Positions 24,531 through 33,500 of a DNA stretch of 64,000 bases are shown in pieces. The position numbers and the translations under genes are program-made. Below the pieces are notes generated by a model that worked only from the letters and a program-made list of their open reading frames with translations, did not search any database and was not told the origin of the DNA. Every line of letters starts with the position of its first letter. The stretch's first letter is position 1. The stretch is from Pseudomonadota bacterium (GTDB lineage: Bacteria; Myxococcota_A; Polyangia; Polyangiales; JAKSBK01). The stretch is taken from the NCBI GenBank assembly GCA_022361155.1, contig JAKSBK010000148.1, forward strand, positions 1,045 to 65,044, given 5' to 3'.

Positions 24531-27500
24531 GAGACGGGTTGCATCCGCGGCCCCGGGCAGATGGCTCGCCCAGGACCGATGAGTACACGGCCGACGAGCA
24601 CAGGCCCGACGAGCACAGGCCCGACGAGTACACCGTTTTGCGCCGAATGCTCGAGATCGGCGCGAGCGCGCAGCGTGAGGCCTTGTTGCTGCAGTTCGTC
24701 TGCGTGCAGCTCGCCGAGCTGGTGGGTCTGTCGGCGGGAGAGGTGGATCCGAGCGTTACGGCGGTTGAAGCTGGCTTGGGCTCGCTCGGCGCGCTACAGC
24801 TGTGCCAGCGGCTGGGCAGGCTGCTTGGGCGGCCGGTCGATGTGCCGCTGGTGCTCGGCGACCGCTCGCTCCGCGAACTGGTCGGCCTGCTGCTGAGCCC
24901 ACCAGCCGGCGATCCTGGAGCGCACGCCAGCGCGCCGCCCCGCTCGCGCCTCAGCGCGAGCGAATCGACACCAGCGCGCCTCAGCGCGAGCGAATCGGCA
25001 CCAGCGCGCCTCAGCGCGAGCGAATCGACAGCCGCACGCTCCGGCGTAAGCGAATCGGCTCCGCCGCGCTGCAGCGCGGGCGGGCGACAAATCGTTCACA
25101 GCGACCCGAGCGACTATCCACTTTCCTACTCGCAAGAAGCGATCTGGGCGGTCGACCGGCGGGCTACCGGCGCTATCGGCCACAACGTCCACTTGCGCTT
25201 GGGGCTCGAGGGCGCAGTCGACGAAGCTGCGTTGCGCCGTTCGTTTGACGCGCTCGTGCGCCGTCATGCGGCCTTACGCACCCGGTATGTCGAGCAGGCA
25301 GGAAAACCCCGCGCGCAAGTATGCCAGCGCGCCAGCTGCGATTTCGAGCGAATCGAGCTTGTTGCCACGAACGGCGCTCAACAGGAAGCTCGGGTCGCCG
25401 AGCTGATTCGGGAGCCCTTCGATCTCACGCGGGGCGACTTGCTACGCGTGCGTCTGCTCTGCCGGGCCGCCGGGCCCCGCATCCTGTTGCTGGTTGCGCA
25501 CCACATCGCGCTCGATTTCTGGTCGCTGGTCGTTCTCCTGAAGGAGCTCAAGACACTGTACGCCGGCGAACGAGCGGGCGCTGCAGTCTGTCTCCCAGAG
25601 CTCGCTGCGGACTACGCGCAGTTCGCGAGCTGGCAGCGTGCTCGTCTTGCCGCCGAGGGCGCGCGCGACTGGGAGTACTGGCGCAGGGAGCTCGCGGGTG
25701 AGCTGCCGGTGCTCGCGCTGCCGTGGGACCGAGCCCGCGCGGCGTCGCGGGAGTTTCGAGGCGCTTGTGTCACAAGGCTGCTGGGGCGTAAAACAAGCGC
25801 CGAGCTGCTTGGCTTGGGTCGAGCCTGCGCTGCGACGCCCTACACCACCGCATTGGCGCTGTTCGCTGCGCTCCTCGAGCGCTACACCGGGCAGCACGAT
25901 TTCGTTGTCGGTACTCCAAGCGCCGGGCGCACGGACGAGCGCTTTGCCCACGTGGTAGGTTACTTCGTCAATCCCATGGCTCTGCGCCTGCGGGTTCGGG
26001 TGCAGATGTCGTTCCGGGACTTGCTGCACGCGGTGCGCGAAACCGTCAACGGGGCGCTGGCACACCAGCACTACCCGTTTTCCAAGCTGGTGGAACGCTT
26101 GAATCCGGAGCGCAGTGCCGAGCTGTGGCCGCTCTATCAAGTGGCCTTTACGTTGCAGGCCGCTCAGCGGCCGGAGGAGGCGGAGCTGGCGCCGCTTGCG
26201 CTCGGCGACTACCCCATGCGCACGAATTGGGGTGGGCTCGAAATCGCCTCCGCTCGCCTTGGCGAGCGCGTCGAGAACTTCGATCTGAAGCTCGTGATGG
26301 CCCAGACACCGGACGGCCTGGCGGCCTGCTTCCAGTACAACCGCGAGCTGTTCGAGCCGGCAACGCTGGAGCAACTGGCCGGGCACTACGCGCGGCTTGC
26401 CGAAGCCGTAGTCGAGCGCCCGGAGGCGCCGCTTTCCGAGCTTTCGCTCCTGTTCGCCCAGGAGGCGCGCGAGCTCGTCTCGCGCTGGAATGCCACGGGG
26501 TGCGTGCTCGAGCACGCCGACAAACCGGTCGACTGGCACTTCGAGCAGCAAGTGCAGCGGTGCGCCGGATTGCCGGCGCTGGTGGAAGGCAGCCAGACGC
26601 TGAGCTACCAGGCGCTCGACAGGGCGGCGAACCGGCTGGCGCACGCACTTCGAGCCCGAGGCGTGGGGCCGGAGAGCCGCGTCGGCGTGTGCTTGCCGCG
26701 CTCGGCAGATCTGGTGGTCGCACAGCTCGGCGTGCTCAAGGCAGGCGCCGCCTACGTGCCACTGGATCCGGCGTACCCGCCGGCGCGTCTTTCGTGGATG
26801 CTCGGCGACGCATCGATCGAGACCGTGGTGTCTCGGCAAGTGCTGCTTGCGCGTTTGCCTCGACACGTACGCGCCTTGTGCCTGGATCGCGACGCAGCGC
26901 TCCTCGCTGGCTTCGATGCCAGCAAGCCTCCTGTCCGTACCAGCATCGGCTGCAGCCTCGCCTACGTGATCTACACTTCCGGCTCCAGCGGAGTACCCAA
27001 GGGCGTCCAGGTCAGCCACGCTGCGCTGCTCAACTTGGCACGCTGGCACCAGAAGCGCTACGCGGTCACGCCGCTCGATCGCGCCAGCATGGTTGCCAGC
27101 GTCGGCTTCGACGCTTCGGTGTGGGAGCTCTGGCCGTACCTGCTCTCGGGCGCAGCCGTGTACGTTGCACGGGACGCACTGATCGCTGACCCCGATCAGC
27201 TGCTGGGGTGGGTAGCCGAGCGGCGAATCTCGCTGATGTTCTTGCCCACGCCGCTCGCCGAGTTGGTGCTCCGAGCCCATTGGCCCAAGCAGGCAAGGCT
27301 GCGCGCGCTGCTGACGGGCGGCGATCGGTTGGGTCCGGTCACCGGCGATGCTCCGCTGGCAGGGCTCGAGCTCATAAACCACTACGGTCCCACCGAAGCG
27401 GCGGTGGTGACCACGGCGGGCGAGGTCGCGTTCGGGGCGCTCGACGTGCCGGACATCGGCAAACCCATTGCCGATCTGCAGGTTTACGTGCTGGACGAAG

Positions 27501-30500
27501 CGCTACGGCCGGTTCCGAGCGGCGCTTTGGGTGAGCTCTGCATTGCAGGTACGGGGTTGGCTCGGGGGTATGTCGCTCGCCCGGCATGGACCGCGGAGCG
27601 CTTTGTGCCGGATCCTTTTTCGCGTGTGTCAGGCGCGCGCATGTACCGCAGCGGGGACCGAGCGCGGCAACGTGCGAGCGGCGCTATCGAGTACGTGGGT
27701 CGAGCGGATCGCCAGGTCAAGGTACGAGGCCACCGCGTCGAGCTTGGTGAGCTGGAAGCCGCTCTGAAGGCGCTGCCTGGGATCAGGGCCGCCGCGGCTG
27801 CGACCTACCGTGATGCGAACGCCGAGCAGCGCCTGGCGGCCTATGTGGTGCTTGAAGAGGGGAATGCGCCGGGCGCCGGGGACCGGGCGCAGCAGGAAAG
27901 CGCGCACGTCGAGCGCTGGGCCGCGCTCTACGAACAAACATACGCCGGCAGCAACCAGCAGCCCGGCGTGGACTCGCGTTTCAATTTTGCAGGCTGGAAC
28001 AGCAGCTTCACGGAGCGTCCCATTCCTCAGCAGGACATGCGCGAATGGGTGGACGAGACCGCGAAGCGCATTCGCTCGCTCGGAACGCGTCGCGTGTGGG
28101 AGATCGGGTGCGGGATTGGCCTTCTATGCTCGAGACTTGCGGACCGCTGTGCCTACTACCACGGCACGGACCTGTCCGAGCGCGCGATCGAGCAGCTCGG
28201 AGAGCAGCTCGATTCCGATCGGCGTCAAGGCAAGATCACGGGCGAGTTTTGCCTCGAACGGGCGGCCGCCGATCAGGCTCCGGGTTTGCAGCTCCCGGCG
28301 GGCACACAGCTCGATGGGGTGATCCTGAATTCCGTGATCCAGTATTTCCCGTCGCGGCAGTACTTGGAGCGCGTGCTTGAGCGAGCTCTCGATAGCTTGA
28401 AGCAAGGGTACCTGTTCATCGGAGACGTGCGCGATCTCGGGCTGCTCGAGCTGTTCCACACCGATGTGCAGCTTTATCAGGCGCGGCCTGGGCTCTCGCT
28501 GGCCGACTTACGGGTGCGGGCGCGCCAGTTTCGAGAGCGCGAGCAGGAGCTGGCGGTCGGCGCGGCTTTCTTCCACCAGCTCGCGGATCGCTACCCGGGG
28601 GTGGCGGCCGTGGAAGTGCGGCTCAAGCGCGGCCGCTGCCAGAACGAGCTGACGCGCTACCGCTACGATGTGGTGGTCTTCGTGGGGGAGCATCCGCCGA
28701 TCTTCGAGCCGCGGCTCGAGCCCTGGAACACGATCGGATCGCTGGCGGAGCTCGAGCGACGGCTCGAACGCGAGGCGCCCGAATGGTTGGCGCTCGGCGG
28801 TCTGGCTTCGGCGAGGGTGGGGCGCGCGCTCGCGGCGCGCGAGCGGCTGCGGAACCTGGATGCCGGGGCGCTTTCCGCGACGACGGTGGCGGAGCTCTCG
28901 TCTTCGCTTGCCGCGTACGAGGGCGATGCAGTGGATCCCGATGCGCTCTGGCGGCTCGCATCACGCAAGGGCTACCATGCACAGTTGCTGCAGCCGGCGG
29001 ATGGCCAGCCAGGCAGGTTCGACGCGGTGCTGCGGCGTTTGGACTCGCCCCTGCGTGCTTCTCCGCTGCGTCCGAGCGCCGCGGGGCCGGGCACGTTCGA
29101 CGCCGCCGCCTTGACGAACGAGCCTTTGCGGCACCAGCGGATCGCCCAGCACCTGGCTGAGCTGAAGCTGGAGCTCGCGGAGCGGCTTCCCGCACATTCG
29201 CTGCCGAGTGCCTGGCTCGCGCTCGCGTCCCAGCCTCTGGGCCCGAACGGCAAGCTCGACCGGCGCGCTTTGCCGGCCCCCGAGGCGATGACGGCGAGCG
29301 CCCGCTATCGGGCGCCCACGACTGCCTTGGAATGCGAGCTCGCCGGCGTCTGGGAGCAAAAACTGGCGCTGCCGCGCGTGGGCGTGCACGACAACTTCTT
29401 CGAGCTGGGCGGCGACTCCGTGCTTGCGATCCTGGTGGTCAGCGCGCTGCGCGAACGCGGCATCGAAATACACGCGCGCCAGCTTTTTGACACCCAGACC
29501 GTGGCAAGCCTCGCGAACGCGATCGAGGCTGACCGTCGCGGGCGTGCCGGCGACGCGGGCGGGCAGCCTGCGGGGGACGCTACCCCGGGGCCGGATCCGA
29601 CCGATCCGGCCGGCAGCAAGCACGGGCACGGGCTCAGCCCGCTTCAGCAGGGCCTGCTGTTCCACACGCTCTTCGAGCCCCAAGGCGAACGCGCCGAGCC
29701 GTTCTATGTCGAACAAGTTCGGCTCGATCTGCGCGGGCCGTGCGATCCCGATGCGCTGCGGGCTGCCTTGCGCTGTCTGCTCGAACGACACGAGGCGTTG
29801 CGCACGGCGTTCGATGTCTCCGATCCCGAAGTCTTGCAGGCGCACGTGGTGGAGCCCGCGCGGTCTCGACTTCCGTTCGAGCTGCGGGTCGACGCTTGTG
29901 CGAGCGGTGAGCAGGAGCTTGCTCGCTGGCTCGAAGCCGAGCGCGCCCGACCATTCGACTATGCTGTCGCGCCGCTGATGCGTTTCGTCCTGCTGCAGCG
30001 AGCAGCGGACCATGCCTTGTTGGTATGGACCTATCCACACGCGTTGCTCGACGGCTGGAGCAGCGCGCTGCTGGTGCGGGAGCTTCTGGTCATCTACGGC
30101 GCCGTCAAACGCGCGACCGCTCCAAGTCTGCCGAAGCCGGTACCGTTTCGACGCTACCTGGGATGGCTCGAGCGCCAAGATCGGACGCTCGCGCAACGGT
30201 TTTGGACCCGGTACCTGGCAGACTTCGTGCAGGTCCCTCGATTGCGTGATGCCACCGCGTTGCCGGAGCGAACCGCGTCGCCGGAGCGAACCGCGTTGCC
30301 GGAGCGAACCGCGTTGCCGGAGCGAACCGCGTTGCGTGATGCGCGTGACGCCGGGCACACGCCAGGCCGGCCGGCCGCGGTGGAACGCGAGACCGTCGAT
30401 CTCGGCCTGGAGCTGACCGAGACGCTTGCAGCCCGAGGGCGAGAGCTGCGCGTTGCAACAAGCACCTGGTTGCACGCGGCTTGGGCTTTGGTGCTCGGTC

Positions 30501-33500
30501 GCTTTCTGGGCTCCGATCGTGTCTGCTTCGGATTGGTCGGCTCCGGGCGTGAGGCCGACATTCCACATGTGGAATCCGCAGTGGGGCTGTTGATCAACAC
30601 GGTGCCATTCGCGGTGTCGCTGCCGGCCGAGGCCACGGTTGCACAGTGGCTGAAGCAGCTGCAGCGCAGCGAGATCGAGGTGCTGGGACATGGGTTCGTC
30701 GGGCTGATCGAGCTTCAACGCTGGCTCGGAACGGGCACGCCACTGTTCGATTCGTTATTCGCCTTCGAAAACTATCCGCGCCAAGGCGTGTTGGAGCGAG
30801 AGCAGGCGGGCTTGCGCCTGGCCGAAATCACCCACCGTGGTGCGACCCACTACCCGTTGACCCTCGTCGTGACTCCCGGCAGCAGGCTGCATGCGGAGCT
30901 TGGCTACCGTAGCGACCGGTATCGGGCGCGATTTGTGCGGCGGCTGCTAGCCGGCTTCGGAGCCGCGCTGAAGGCCCTGGTCGATAATCCACGAGCGCGT
31001 CTGGGTCAGCTGTCGCTCGGCTTGACGGGCGGAACGAAAGCGCGCGTTGCCTCGGGCGTCATCTCGGCAGCGGGCGCTCGACGGGAACGTGGCGCGGCCA
31101 AAGAACCCACCGAGCTCGCTCCGGCCTGCGATTTGGCGGCGGCGTTCGAGCGCAGCGTCCAGCAAAACCCGAACGCGCCGGCCTTGCGCTGGCAGGGCAA
31201 CGCGATCAGCTACGTCGAGCTGAACCAGCGGGCCAACCGCCTGGCGCATCTGCTCCGCGAGCGGGGGATCGAGAGCGAGCGTCGGGTCGGGCTCTGCTTC
31301 GAGCGGTCGGACGAACTGGTGGCGGCGATTCTTGGTGTGCTCAAAGCTGGGGGCGCCTACGTGCCATTGGATCCTGCGTTACCGCCGCAGCGGCTGGCGT
31401 TCATGCTCGAGGACGCAGGTGTAGATCTCGTGCTCACGCATGGCGCAGTTCAGGTTCCGCCCGTGACACGGTGCTCGATCGTCGCTGTCGATGAGGCACG
31501 CGAGGCAGTCGCACGCCAGTGCAGCGAGGACCTTGCGCTGGCGCGCCATCCCGAGCAGCTTGCGTACGTCATCTATACTTCCGGCTCCACCGGAACGCCG
31601 AAGGGTGTGGGGGTTACGCACGGCAACGTGAGCAAGCTCTTCGCGGCCTGCGCGCAACGCTTCGAGTTCTCCTGCAAGGACGTCTGGAGCCTGTTTCACT
31701 CCTACGCTTTTGATTTCTCGGTTTGGGAGCTGTGGGGCGCGTTGCTGCACGGTGGCAGCGCGGTGGTCGTGCCGCATTGGGTGAGCCGAGATCCGCGTGC
31801 TTTTGCCGATCTGTTGCTGGATGAAGGCGTGACGGTCCTTAGCCAGACTCCGTCGGCCTTCTACCCGCTGGCTGCCCAGCTCCTTGCCTCGACCACTACG
31901 CTGCCTGCGCTGCGCTGTGTGGTGTTCGGTGGCGAGGCCCTGGATTCGTCACGGCTCACAGCTTGGTTCGCGCGTTTCGGCGGGCGAGGTCCACGGCTCG
32001 CCAACATGTTTGGAATCACGGAGACCACGGTTCACGTCACCCACTGTCCGCTTGCTGCAGGCGATGCGGCTTCGGCTCGGCGGAGCATAGGCACGGCATT
32101 ACCCGGGATGGCCTGCCGTGTGCTGGATCCGCACTTGCATCCGCTGCCGGATGGTGTGCGAGGAGAGCTGTGTGTGGCCGGTACGGGCGTCGCTCGGGGC
32201 TACGTAGGACGGCCGGGGCTGACCGCCGAGCGCTTCGTTCCCGATCCCTGTTCGGCGGCGCCTGGTGCAAGGCTCTATCGAAGCGGGGATCGAGGCTGCC
32301 GCGATGACGCAGGTGACTTGCTTTACCTGGGACGCGCGGACAACCAGGTCAAATTGCGCGGCTTGCGCATAGAGCTGGCTGAGATCGAGGCCGAGCTGCG
32401 TCGCTGCCCTGGCGTGCACGCGGCAGTGGCGCGGCTGCAGCCGCGGGATGTCCGGGAGGGTGAGGAAGCGGGCGATCAGCTGGTGGCTTACCTGGTCGGC
32501 GCAGATGCCGATTCAGCGCTCGACACAGCGCTCGACACGGCGCTCGACACGATGCGAATCAGCCGCGAGCTGGCTCATAGGCTACCGGCGTACATGATTC
32601 CGAGCGCGTACGCCCGGCTTTCGGAGCTCCCGCTAACACCCAACGGAAAACTGGATCGCGACGCGTTGCCGCGGGTGAGCGGCATGACCCGGACTCCGGA
32701 GCGGCCGGCGGCACGTGCTTGTGCCTGGACGCCCCTGGAGCGGCAGCTGGCGGAGATCTGGCGAGCCGTCTTGCGCGTGGAGCAGGTGTCCCGTGACGAC
32801 GATTTTTTTGCGCTGGGCGGGGACTCCATCTCGAGCATGCAGGTCGCGGCTCGCGCGCGCCAGCATGGCCTCGAGCTCAGCCCGCGCGAGCTCTTCGAGC
32901 ACCCCAAGCTGGCTTTGTTGGCCAAACGACTGGCAGCCTCCAATCCGGCGCAGGGTGATCGCGCACAGGCAGCAAGCGCGGGCGAAGAACCCGCCGGGGA
33001 CGTGCCGCTGGCCCCTATTCAACACTGGTTTTTCGAGCGCAGGCTGGCCCGTGCCGAGCATTTCAATCAATCCGTGTTGTTGGAGCTCGCGTCGAGTCGA
33101 GGTATCGACACGCTCGAGGCAAGCTTGCGTTCCGTGGCACGCCACCACCATGCGTTTCGCTTGCGTTACGATACCGGTCTTGCCAGGCAGGCCTACGTCG
33201 CAGCAAACGATGCCGATTGGCCGCTTGCGACCATAGACCTGCGTCCATGGTCTCTCGACGCACGTGCAGCCGAGCTGCAACGCCATGCCGCGCAGGCGCA
33301 GCGCTGCCTCGAGCTAGCCAAAGGACCGGTTTGCCGTGCGCTCTACTTCAGGTGCAGCCCGGAGCCCGATCGGCTGCTGCTGGTAATCCATCACCTGCTG
33401 GTAGATGCAGTTTCTTGGCGCATTTTGCTTGAAGATCTGGACAAGGCGTATCGCCAGCTCGAGGAGGGTGGCGTGATCGACTTGCCTCCGAGCACCAGCA

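Noticed and set aside
25442-27382. Long antisense ORFs inside the NRPS genes. These include 25442-27382 (646 aa), 45480-48059 (859 aa), 34807-36390, 36415-37761 and 28961-30718. The same applies to 15762-17720, which is antisense to the receptor/HmuY genes.
   Set aside because: Their translations are Arg/Ala/Gly/Pro-rich with no recognisable motifs. They overlap frames that carry unambiguous NRPS, TonB or HmuY motifs. Long shadow ORFs like these are expected in very GC-rich DNA.
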